A stretch of DNA of 64,000 nt from a virus. Taxonomy: Duplodnaviria; Caudoviricetes. The position numbers and the translations under genes are program-made. Where the stretch lies: the IMG/VR virus record IMGVR_UViG_3300037439_000217, positions 1,779 to 65,778 of that record, one strand, 5' to 3'. The notes beneath the pieces were generated by a model, which worked only from the letters and a program-made list of their open reading frames with translations, searched no databases and was not told the DNA's origin. Every line of letters starts with the position of its first letter. Within the stretch, counting starts at the first letter, position 1. Positions 56,353 through 64,000 of this stretch are shown one piece after another.

Positions 56353-57108
56353 GTGACCACCACACCGATGGAAGACTCCGAGATCGACCGGATCGAGGAG
56401 ACGCTCAGGGAGTACCGGGGGCGCGACGGTGCCCTCGGGCCCTGGGATCAGGGTCTTAGGCTGATCGCCGAACTGCGGCGTGTTCGCTCCGCGTCTGTCG
56501 ACACGATCGACAAGCTTCACACGGATCTACGCGCGTCAACGCATGAGCTCCTCGAGGCGCGTTCGCGTCTGTCCGCGTTCCGCGCCGTACTCCACGACGA
56601 TCCACTGCCGTTGATCGCGCTGTACGACAATGCGATTCGGCAGCGTGATGATGCGCGGCAGTTGACCGCCGATCTGGTGCGGCGGTATCCGCATGCATTC
56701 CACGACGTGCCGCCGATTGTCTGCCTGTGTGGCAGCACGCGGTTCTACGACGCCTTTCAGACGTGGAATTACAACCTCACGATGGCGGGGAGGATCGTAC
56801 TTTCGGTCGGGTTCTACTCGCACGTCAGCGAACGTGCGCACGGCGAGTCGATCGGTGCGACACCGGAGCAGAAGATCGCACTCGACGAGCTGCACAAGCG
56901 TAAGATCGACATCGCGGACCGCGTGCTAGTCCTCAATGTGAACGGGTACGTCGGCGAGTCGACGCGCTCAGAGATCGCATACGCGTGGCGCCGCGGTAAG
57001 CCGGTCGACTACCTCGAGCGGACCGGCGACGCGCACGACCACGACTGCAACGCATACGTCCTGTATGCGCGCTGTTTGATCTGCGGAGCGGAGGTAACAA
57101 CAACGTGA
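56353..57108 (+). CDS. coiled-coil plus nucleoside-deoxyribosyltransferase-like domain
   Basis: VCLCGSTRF...HKRKIDIADRVLVLNVNGYVGESTRSEIAYA. Confidence 0.7.
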   Translation: MTTTPMEDSEIDRIEETLREYRGRDGALGPWDQGLRLIAELRRVRSASVDTIDKLHTDLRASTHELLEARSRLSAFRAVLHDDPLPLIALYDNAIRQRDDARQLTADLVRRYPHAFHDVPPIVCLCGSTRFYDAFQTWNYNLTMAGRIVLSVGFYSHVSERAHGESIGATPEQKIALDELHKRKIDIADRVLVLNVNGYVGESTRSEIAYAWRRGKPVDYLERTGDAHDHDCNAYVLYARCLICGAEVTTT

Positions 57109-57380
57109 AGATCGGTGACGTCGTTCACTACGTCAGCTACGGCACCCCGGGTGGCGAGTACCCGTCCGTGTGCAGGGCGGCGATCATTACCGAGGTGATG
57201 CCGGTAGGCACGATCGCGGCGACGCCGTTCGACGACGTGCGACCCGACACGGTCGGGCTGTGCGTCCTCAACCCGACTGGCGTGTTCTTCAACCGAAGCG
57301 TTCCGCACGGGGACGCGACGCACAGACCGTCTGGGACTTGGCACGATGCGTCCCTTTGCTCGATCGGAGGTGGACCGTAG
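57105..57380 (+). CDS. conserved small phage protein
   Basis: IGDVVHYV...RAAIIT...VGLCVLNPTGVFF...GTWH. Confidence 0.65.
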   Translation: MKIGDVVHYVSYGTPGGEYPSVCRAAIITEVMPVGTIAATPFDDVRPDTVGLCVLNPTGVFFNRSVPHGDATHRPSGTWHDASLCSIGGGP

Positions 57381-57520
57381 TGGATCACAGGACTCGTAAG
57401 CAGGTGCTCGTGGCCGTGTTGATCGGAGCACTCGGCGCCGTTCTCATCGCCGTAGCTTTGGTGGGAGTACTGGCGCCTTAGCCCAACGGTGCGTCACGCA
57501 AACTTAGCATCATAACGGGG

Positions 57521-57549
57521 TTGACGTAGGTTCACGCTTATGCTATCGT
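57521..57549 (+). promoter_or_regulatory. class-1 (early) promoter
   Basis: TTGACG-17 nt (TTCACGCTTATGC)-TATCGT. Confidence 0.8.
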
Positions 57550-57583
57550 GGTACGTACGAGGAACGAACCACGAGGAGTCGAA

Positions 57584-58060
57584 ATGAACACCACCGAACT
57601 CGTAGCCGCGATCAAGGCCTACGCACTCAAGCACTACGAAGACGGCGGCTGGGACGTCGTCATCGAAGCCTGGACCGATGAGCAGATCGCAGAGACGATC
57701 GGCAAGGCGTCCACCCTCCGCGGAGCGATCTGGAAGATGAACCGCATCGTCGCCGTCTACGCCGACCGCCAGGCAGACGCCCGCAACTCGTCCGGCGAGA
57801 GCACGGTGAAGATCACCGACACCAGCCGCGAACTGTTCGCCGAACTCGCCGCCGACGCCGGCAACTGGGGCGGCACCCCGCTCCTCGACGGCAACGTCGG
57901 AACCGACCGCCACACGCGCGGTAACCTGACCCAGCTCAAGAAGGCCGGACTGATCAGCACCTTCACCGACGAGGACCGTAACACGTTCGTCGAGTTCACT
58001 CACGCCGGCGCCGAGTACGCCGACATCCTCGGCTTCGACCTCCACCGCTGGGCGGTGTGA
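57584..58060 (+). CDS. hypothetical early protein with C-terminal wHTH-like segment
   Basis: SD GAGGAG; RGNLTQLKKAGLIST...VEFT. Confidence 0.65.
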   Translation: MNTTELVAAIKAYALKHYEDGGWDVVIEAWTDEQIAETIGKASTLRGAIWKMNRIVAVYADRQADARNSSGESTVKITDTSRELFAELAADAGNWGGTPLLDGNVGTDRHTRGNLTQLKKAGLISTFTDEDRNTFVEFTHAGAEYADILGFDLHRWAV

Positions 58061-58065
58061 TCGAG

Positions 58066-58197
58066 ATGGCGACGAACCGCGAACGCAAGGTCCGCCAGGT
58101 CCAGGAGCTGCGCCGCTCGAACGCGGCGCAGCCCCACCGGAACCGGAGCCGGTACACGCGGAAGATCAAGCACCGCGCGACGAGGAACGAGGACTGA
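58066..58197 (+). CDS. small basic protein (43 aa, not in the ORF track)
   Basis: MATNRERKVRQVQELRRSNAAQPHRNRSRYTRKIKH... Confidence 0.55.
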   Translation: MATNRERKVRQVQELRRSNAAQPHRNRSRYTRKIKHRATRNED

Positions 58198-58198
58198 C

Positions 58199-58912
58199 AT
58201 GGCCGAGAAAGGCTATGACAGGTACTGCGGACCGGCGGTCGTCTCCGCCGTCCTGGACATCAGCCGCGATGACGCTGCCGCCAGGCTCAAGGCGATCGAG
58301 CGCAAGAACCGGACCCGCAACCGCGCCTCCACGCGCATCGACTCGCTGGTTCACGTGTTCGAGCGCGCCGGCCTCAAGAGCGACACGGTCTGCGTTCGCT
58401 CCACGACCTACGAGTACGACTTACACGGCTTTCAGCGCGTCAAGTCATTAGCACCGACGGTCGCCCGGTACATCGCCGAGCACCGGACCGGCACCTACGT
58501 CTTGCTGGCCTCCCACCACTACGTCGCCGTGCACAACGGCGAGGTGATCGAGGACAACGGTCGGACGCCGTGGCGGGCACCCGTCGGCTGGGTGATCACC
58601 GCCGAGGGCGCGACGCCCAGGAAGAGCGAAAGGCAGCGGGTCGATGAGCTCTTCGGTTCGGACACGCTCTCGCTGCAGATCCCGGTTAAGCAGCGGACGA
58701 TCATACTCCTCGGGGTGAGGACCGGTCAGGAGCACATCGGCTTTAGCCTGGTCCGGCTTCGCACCGCCGACCGGATGTGGAGTCGCCGCGCGATCGCCGA
58801 CGCAACCAAGCTGACCGAGGCCAAGATCTGGCGCATCGAACAGGGCCGCGCACGCGACGACGAGATGATCGTTGTGGCCCACTTCCTGCAGAGCATCGGA
58901 CGTTGGACGTGA
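58199..58912 (+). CDS. hypothetical protein: YCGP...H(Y)VAV domain plus C-terminal XRE-like HTH
   Basis: YCGPAVVSAV, HHYVAV and SRRAIADATKLTEAKIWRIEQG. Confidence 0.55.
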   Translation: MAEKGYDRYCGPAVVSAVLDISRDDAAARLKAIERKNRTRNRASTRIDSLVHVFERAGLKSDTVCVRSTTYEYDLHGFQRVKSLAPTVARYIAEHRTGTYVLLASHHYVAVHNGEVIEDNGRTPWRAPVGWVITAEGATPRKSERQRVDELFGSDTLSLQIPVKQRTIILLGVRTGQEHIGFSLVRLRTADRMWSRRAIADATKLTEAKIWRIEQGRARDDEMIVVAHFLQSIGRWT

Positions 58913-59099
58913 CATTTCCGTCCTGCGAGGCGTCGAAACGTGATGGCTTTCGCCCCGTGGTATATAGCACGAGAATGACCGCAGACGGTTGCGCCCTTGA
59001 GGCGTGGACAACGACCCGCGACTTTTTCGTTCGTGCGATCTCGCGGAAATGACCAGGTAGTGGGCGTGACCGAAGATCTCGAAAACTGGAAGATCGTCG

Positions 59100-60719
59100 T
59101 TGCCACTCGCGGTCATCGCGTACACTAGACCCGTGGTAAGTCAGCCGGCGAATCACCCGGGTCAGGTGGACCCCTGGGCGCTTGCGGTCGACGAGCTCGA
59201 CGGCGTCGGGTACCCAGCATCGGACAAGGCGCGGTGGCTCGCCGACCCGGTTGTCTGGGCACACGAGCGCTGCAGTGTCGCCGAACTCTGGCTTAAGCAG
59301 CGTGAGGCGCTTCGCGCTGTCCGCGATCATCGACGAGTGGCCGTGCACTCGTGTCACAGCACCGGCAAGACGTTCGATGCGGGCGTGATCACCGCGTGGT
59401 GGATCGACGCGCATCCGCCCGGGCAGGCGTTCGTAGTGACCACAGCACCGACCGGTCACCAGGTGAAGGCGCAGCTGTGGCGTGAGATCAACCGACTGCA
59501 CACACGCGGCGAGTTGCCCGGCCGGACCAACCTCACCGAGTGGTACCTGGGCGGAGAGCTGGTCGCCTTCGGCCGCAAGCCCTCGGAGTACAACGAGTCG
59601 GCCTTCCAAGGTACGCACGCTCGGTACATCCTTGTGGTCCTGGACGAGGCGTGCGGTATCCCGTCGTCCCTTTGGGTCGCCGCCGAGTCGATCGCGTCCG
59701 CGAAGAACGGCCACATCCTGGCGATCGGCAACCCGGACATCAACGACGGCGACTTTGCCAACGTGTGCGCGGAGGACTCGTCGTGGCACGTGATCCACGT
59801 CGGGTACGAGCACGTGCGCGACGACCCGGACATCTCGGACGAGCTGCGCGAGGTCTTGATCTCGGAGCGCTGGGTCGAGGAGCGCCGCGATGACTGGGGC
59901 GAGGACTCGGCGCTGTTCCAGTCCAAGTGCCTCGGGCTGTTCCCACGTCCGGAGACCGATCCCTGGACGGTGGTCCCGCTGGCGATGGCCACCCGCTGTC
60001 GATACAACGAGCTGGCCGCCGGCGACGACGACCCGCACGAGGGTGGGATCGACATCGGCGCCGGCGGTGACCGCACGGTGCTTGTCGAGCGCCACGGGCC
60101 ACGTGCCGGACGGATCGAGGCGTTTCAGAACCCGGACCCGATGGAGACTGTCGGGCAGCTCATCCGCGCGATCAACGAGTGGGATCTCATGCGCGTCAAG
60201 ATCGACGTGATCGGCGTCGGCTGGGGTCTGTACGGTCGACTCAAGGAGCTAAGCGCGGCGCACAACCCGACCGGCGAGTGTGAGCACCTTGCCGAGGTCG
60301 TGCCGGTGGACTTCCGTCGGCGGTCCAGCAACCCAAGGCGGTTCATTAACCTGCGCGCCGAGGTGTGGTGGAACGTCGGACGCGAGCGATCGCGACTCGG
60401 CACGTGGAACCTCGCCACCCTGGACGACGCGGCGATCGGCGAGCTCACGACGCCGCGGTACGTGATCATGGACTCGCGCGGGCAGATCAAGATCGAGGCC
60501 AAGGACGAGGTGATCAAGCGTCTCAAGCGTTCGCCCGACGTCGCGGACGCACTGCTGCTCGCCTTCTACGACGGTGCGTCCGCGCGTCCGGTGAACACCG
60601 ATGCGGTCGAGACGTTCGCCGGGGCGAACATCATGGGAGGCACGGACCGAGGTCTGTCGCCGTTCGGCAGCGGGCAGCGCTTCAGCGGAGGCGGCGGGAC
60701 CGTCTTCGGATCACGCTAA
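59100..60719 (+). CDS. terL: terminase large subunit
   Basis: Walker A CHSTGKT, Walker B VVLDEA, AIGNP, RNase H-type GIDIG..GD and SPDVADALLLAF; exact start uncertain. Confidence 0.92.
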   Translation: MPLAVIAYTRPVVSQPANHPGQVDPWALAVDELDGVGYPASDKARWLADPVVWAHERCSVAELWLKQREALRAVRDHRRVAVHSCHSTGKTFDAGVITAWWIDAHPPGQAFVVTTAPTGHQVKAQLWREINRLHTRGELPGRTNLTEWYLGGELVAFGRKPSEYNESAFQGTHARYILVVLDEACGIPSSLWVAAESIASAKNGHILAIGNPDINDGDFANVCAEDSSWHVIHVGYEHVRDDPDISDELREVLISERWVEERRDDWGEDSALFQSKCLGLFPRPETDPWTVVPLAMATRCRYNELAAGDDDPHEGGIDIGAGGDRTVLVERHGPRAGRIEAFQNPDPMETVGQLIRAINEWDLMRVKIDVIGVGWGLYGRLKELSAAHNPTGECEHLAEVVPVDFRRRSSNPRRFINLRAEVWWNVGRERSRLGTWNLATLDDAAIGELTTPRYVIMDSRGQIKIEAKDEVIKRLKRSPDVADALLLAFYDGASARPVNTDAVETFAGANIMGGTDRGLSPFGSGQRFSGGGGTVFGSR

Positions 60720-60748
60720 AGAATCTTGTGATTAACACGGGTACGGGG

Positions 60749-60777
60749 TTGCAAACGGTTCACGCTTATGCTATCGT
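60749..60777 (+). promoter_or_regulatory. class-1 (early) promoter
   Basis: TTGCAA-17 nt (TTCACGCTTATGC)-TATCGT. Confidence 0.8.
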
Positions 60778-60818
60778 GGTTGCTAGCACGACGAGGAACG
60801 AACCACGAGGAGCCCGAC

Positions 60819-61088
60819 ATGACATTCGAGAACCTGCCTCCCAAGGCCAGCACCATCCTGCAGGCTGCGGCCACACTTGGCCTGACGGTCACCGAGGTCG
60901 ACAACAAGTGGCCCCGCGTTCGTACCTTCGAGATCACTCGCGACGGCGGCCGCAAGCTGATCGTCAACGTTGGCAAGACCCCGCGCAGCTGGACCGTCAA
61001 CTGCTATGACACCGCACGCGGACACACCTTCATCGACGGCGAGCTCATCGCCACCAAGTACGCCATCCCCACGCTCCGCACGTTCTAA
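60819..61088 (+). CDS. hypothetical early protein
   Basis: SD GAGGAG. Confidence 0.6.
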   Translation: MTFENLPPKASTILQAAATLGLTVTEVDNKWPRVRTFEITRDGGRKLIVNVGKTPRSWTVNCYDTARGHTFIDGELIATKYAIPTLRTF

Positions 61089-61106
61089 GAGGAAAGAGGA
61101 ACCGAC

Positions 61107-61592
61107 ATGACCACCATCGCACTCTCCAAGGACAACCTGAACGACCTCACGCTCACCGTGGGCGACATCAAGGTCACCGCCCGCCGGCGCCACTACACCG
61201 AGCGGAACATCGACAAGGCAACTCGCGTGTACGGCGCGATCGACGCGCTGTCATCGCCTGGACTGCTCGCCGAGCAGGAGAGGTGGACCTCTCCCGCCGT
61301 CACTGCCGAAATGCAGCGCAACGATCCCGACGAGGCAAAGCGGATCATGAAGGGCTACCGCAAGGCGACCCGTGCCCTCACGACCGACGTGACCGCCAAG
61401 CTGAACGAGCTGCTGACCACGGTGGGCGAGCTGCTCAACGACCGCCCGCGGACCCCGCAGGTCAAGCGCTTCTCGGTCTACGCCGGCTGCAGCTGCCCTT
61501 GCTCTCCCGGCTTCGTCCTGGACGACACGGTCCGCGTTGACTACCGTCCGGTCGACCTCTTCGTCCAGCGCGTCGCCGACGACGCCGAGTGA
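61107..61592 (+). CDS. hypothetical early protein (AGCSCPCSPGF motif)
   Basis: SD GAGGA; C-terminal FSVYAGCSCPCSPGF. Confidence 0.65.
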   Translation: MTTIALSKDNLNDLTLTVGDIKVTARRRHYTERNIDKATRVYGAIDALSSPGLLAEQERWTSPAVTAEMQRNDPDEAKRIMKGYRKATRALTTDVTAKLNELLTTVGELLNDRPRTPQVKRFSVYAGCSCPCSPGFVLDDTVRVDYRPVDLFVQRVADDAE

Positions 61593-61604
61593 CTAACCCG
61601 AACC

Positions 61605-61633
61605 GACGCCCCGCGACATGCTCGCGGGGCGTC
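61605..61633 (+). terminator. hairpin terminator
   Basis: GACGCCCCGCGA / TCGCGGGGCGTC, 12-bp stem. Confidence 0.65.
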
Positions 61634-61742
61634 AGGCTGTGCGCGGCCTCCCCGCGTAGGTCAGCCCGGCCGCGGTAGAGGTTGTGCTCTCGATGGCGCG
61701 TCGTGCCACAATAAAGAATCTTGTGATTGCACCATAATTGGG

Positions 61743-61771
61743 TTGACTCCAGTTCACGCTTATGCTATCGT
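61743..61771 (+). promoter_or_regulatory. class-1 (early) promoter
   Basis: TTGACT-17 nt (TTCACGCTTATGC)-TATCGT. Confidence 0.8.
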
Positions 61772-61814
61772 GGTACACGTAAGGACGAGGACACGAGGAA
61801 CGAGGAGCACGATC

Positions 61815-62015
61815 ATGAAGAAGGACATCAAGAACCTCCACCGTAAACTCGAGGCGCAAGGCTGGATGCTAAAGCCGACCCGCAACGGACACGTCATGGC
61901 CTTCCCGCCCGACAAGTCCAAGTCGCCGGTCACGATGCCCAGCACCCCCAGCGACCATCGCTCGCTCAAGAACACACTCGCCGACCTCCGCCGCTCCGGA
62001 TTCCAGGACAGGTGA
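61815..62015 (+). CDS. HicA-like (dsRBD-fold) mRNA interferase homologue
   Basis: LEAQGW...NGHVMAF...VTMPSTPSD...KNTLADLRRSG. Confidence 0.65.
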   Translation: MKKDIKNLHRKLEAQGWMLKPTRNGHVMAFPPDKSKSPVTMPSTPSDHRSLKNTLADLRRSGFQDR

Positions 62016-62237
62016 TCAAGATGACCACGGTCACCGTCATCAACCTGGATGGTCACAAGGTGCTTCGCGCCGAACGTCACGGCACGCTGGTCACGAACCC
62101 CGCCGGCAAGGACGGGTACTTCCCGTCGGTCGACGCGCTGGCACGCGCGCTCGAACGCGAGGGTCTCGACCTCGCCGATGTCAAGATCAAGGAGGATTAG
62201 TTGATATGATGATCCTGAGAATGAGAGGACTGCGGAT

Positions 62238-62573
62238 ATGACGAGCTGCACCTGGGAGGTCTACCTGCGGCTGCGCTCGATGCGGGCGCGGCACGTCACC
62301 GCGGACGACGCTGAAGATCCGCAGATGTTGGACCTTATGGCGCGCGTCGGCGACGTGCGCGCGTCGCTCGAGGAGCCGTACCGCGCGGCCGTGTCGTTCG
62401 GCGACGGCTGGATCGCCGCGCAGGCGTACGTGGAGGGCGGCACCGCGGACGGCGCGATCGCCGAGGTCAAGTACGCCCTGTGGTACGCCGCGCAGGAGCA
62501 CGGGCTGGCGCCCGTCCTCAACGTCCTCGAAGCGCACGCGGAGGAGTGGCGCGATGATCCGAAAGAATCATAA
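62238..62573 (+). CDS. hypothetical protein
   Basis: SD GAGGA. Confidence 0.5.
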   Translation: MTSCTWEVYLRLRSMRARHVTADDAEDPQMLDLMARVGDVRASLEEPYRAAVSFGDGWIAAQAYVEGGTADGAIAEVKYALWYAAQEHGLAPVLNVLEAHAEEWRDDPKES

Positions 62574-62578
62574 TTGGG

Positions 62579-62607
62579 TTGCATCTACTTCACGCTTATG
62601 CTAGAGT
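62579..62607 (+). promoter_or_regulatory. class-1 (early) promoter
   Basis: TTGCAT-17 nt (TTCACGCTTATGC)-TAGAGT. Confidence 0.8.
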
Positions 62608-62643
62608 CGTCGTTGTAAGGATGAGGAACGAGGAGGAAAGATC

Positions 62644-62910
62644 ATGATTCTTGGCAACGTCCACGACGACCACAAGGGCCGCAAGGTCGTCCTGATCCGC
62701 ACCCGCCGCGTCCTCGCGGTTGACTTTCCCGGCTACCACGCCAAGAACTACGCCGACTTCATCGTCGACCGCGAGCCCGGCCTGACCGGCACGGTTACGC
62801 ACGTCGAGTCACACGGCGCGAACCCCTGGACCCGTTACACGGTCCGCTTCGACGACGGCACCCGCGCGTCTGGCTTGGTCCCGGGTCACGACTTTGACTG
62901 GAGGAACTGA
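62644..62910 (+). CDS. hypothetical early protein (SH3-like fold candidate)
   Basis: SD GGAGGAAAGATC-ATG; TGTVTHV...YTVRFDDG. Confidence 0.6.
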   Translation: MILGNVHDDHKGRKVVLIRTRRVLAVDFPGYHAKNYADFIVDREPGLTGTVTHVESHGANPWTRYTVRFDDGTRASGLVPGHDFDWRN

Positions 62911-62912
62911 TC

Positions 62913-63047
62913 ATGACCCGCAAGATGACCCGCCTCGAAGATGGGACTTACCGCTTCACCGGTGATGGCGAGCCTACCGTCGAGATCGACCCGACGTTTG
63001 GGATCGACGACGACGACGACGACAACGAGGAGGACGAGGAAAGATGA
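62913..63047 (+). CDS. small acidic protein (44 aa, not in the ORF track)
   Basis: MTRKMTRLEDG...GIDDDDDDNEEDEER*; SD GGAGGA; ATGA-coupled. Confidence 0.55.
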   Translation: MTRKMTRLEDGTYRFTGDGEPTVEIDPTFGIDDDDDDNEEDEER

Positions 63048-63448
63048 GCAGGACACCGACCGTCGCCGATTGGGCCAAGCTCAAGGAACACGGGTACAGG
63101 GTTCAGAGGGTTCACGGCAGTCGCGATAGTTGGATGCTGTTCGACTCGGACGGCAGCTCGCTGATGATCGGCGATCACGGCTGCGTCGCGCCGACGCGGT
63201 ACGAGGCGGTCGCCGAGGCGCTGCGGCGGATCGACGAGGATGAGCGCTTCGCACGCGAGGTGGCGCTTAGCTGGGAGGACAAGCTGCGCGCCGCGATCGA
63301 TGAGGCAATGACCAGCGCTCGCGTTGATCTGCAGGAGGCGGTTGGTCCCAGTTTCACGATCACTGACGAGCTGCTTCGCTCTGCGGTCGGTAGCGTTGCG
63401 GTTCCTCACGTCTGGCCGGACGGCTCGCGCATCGTCGTCGAGGCGTAA
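63044..63448 (+). CDS. hypothetical protein
   Basis: Coupled ORF. Confidence 0.55.
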   Translation: MSRTPTVADWAKLKEHGYRVQRVHGSRDSWMLFDSDGSSLMIGDHGCVAPTRYEAVAEALRRIDEDERFAREVALSWEDKLRAAIDEAMTSARVDLQEAVGPSFTITDELLRSAVGSVAVPHVWPDGSRIVVEA

Positions 63449-63453
63449 AGGCT

Positions 63454-63490
63454 CACGAGGTCCCGTCTGCCGGGGAGACGGGGCCTCGTG
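63454..63490 (+). terminator. hairpin terminator
   Basis: CACGAGGTCCCGTCT / AGACGGGGCCTCGTG. Confidence 0.6.
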
Positions 63491-63503
63491 GTATGCTGTC
63501 ATC

Positions 63504-63836
63504 GTGATCTCTGACTGGTTGCTTATCCTACTGATTGCCCTCGCGACCTACTACCTGACGTACGTGGTCGTGGACAGTCGCCTGCTGCTCGAGCCGCGCT
63601 GGCGCGTCCAAGAGTGGTCCGAGGCGGGCTGGACGCGGCGGAACAACGTCGTGGACGAGTCGGACGAGTGGCGCGCCCCGATCGCCTACCTGCTGTCCTG
63701 CTACTGGTGTGCCTCCTTCTACGTCGGCGGCGCGGTCGTACTGATCGCCGATCTGGCCCTCGGTGTACCGGCTCCTGTTCTCGTGTGGTTCGCCGTTGCC
63801 GGTGCCACCGGACTTACGGCTCACGTCACGAAATGA
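63504..63836 (+). CDS. DUF1360-family membrane protein
   Basis: LATYYLTYVVVDS...YLLSCYWCASFY. TGG-TATGCT lies about 7 nt upstream of the GTG, suggesting a leaderless transcript. Confidence 0.7.
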   Translation: MISDWLLILLIALATYYLTYVVVDSRLLLEPRWRVQEWSEAGWTRRNNVVDESDEWRAPIAYLLSCYWCASFYVGGAVVLIADLALGVPAPVLVWFAVAGATGLTAHVTK

Positions 63837-64000
63837 CACGCTCGCGCACGAGCGTAGGCACCTACGGGACGTTGTACCAGAACGGCGTGAGCGTGCGCGA
63901 GACCGCGGGTCGAGATGCGATCGTGCCCGATTCCGTGCTACTTCGTTGTACGATCGTCACGATTCCGGGGCTGTCTGAACGGAGGAGCCGCGATGACATC

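Noticed and set aside
1-64000. Prophage/temperate module, introns or inteins
   Set aside because: No integrase, immunity cassette or host flanking genes are present. Polymerase, helicase, primase and terminase motifs are contiguous, without intein or homing-endonuclease insertions.

Overview
This window is about 64 kb of a high-GC, apparently lytic tailed actinobacteriophage (no integrase or repressor cassette seen). WhiB and DUF397 genes, a LysM-M23 hydrolase and an amidase endolysin point to an actinomycete host. Layout: (i) 1-4.9 kb (+): end of the tail region, then a glycosyltransferase/methyltransferase cassette. (ii) 5.0-31.7 kb (-): early genes, holin and endolysin, C5-cytosine methyltransferase, a T4-like cytosine hypermodification pathway, recombination genes, SNF2 helicase, RuvC-like resolvase and DNA polymerase A. 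That pathway comprises a dCTPase/dUTPase-like protein, two beta-glucosyltransferase-like enzymes, a kinase/HAD/nucleotidyltransferase donor trio, dCMP deaminase, a dCMP-type thymidylate-synthase homologue and a dNMP kinase fused to a UDG-like domain. (iii) 31.8-35.6 kb: primase-helicase followed by three distinct repeat arrays. (iv) 35.6-64 kb (+): accessory genes, including a processive GT2, DUF397, a papain-like protease, a non-coding RNA cluster, terminase and a HicA-like gene. The strongest unexplained signals are two tandem circularly permuted tRNA-like (YrlA-like) RNAs next to a tRNA with a UCA anticodon, and the self-contained cytosine glycosylation system. All family assignments come from motif recognition by eye and need HMM or covariance-model confirmation.
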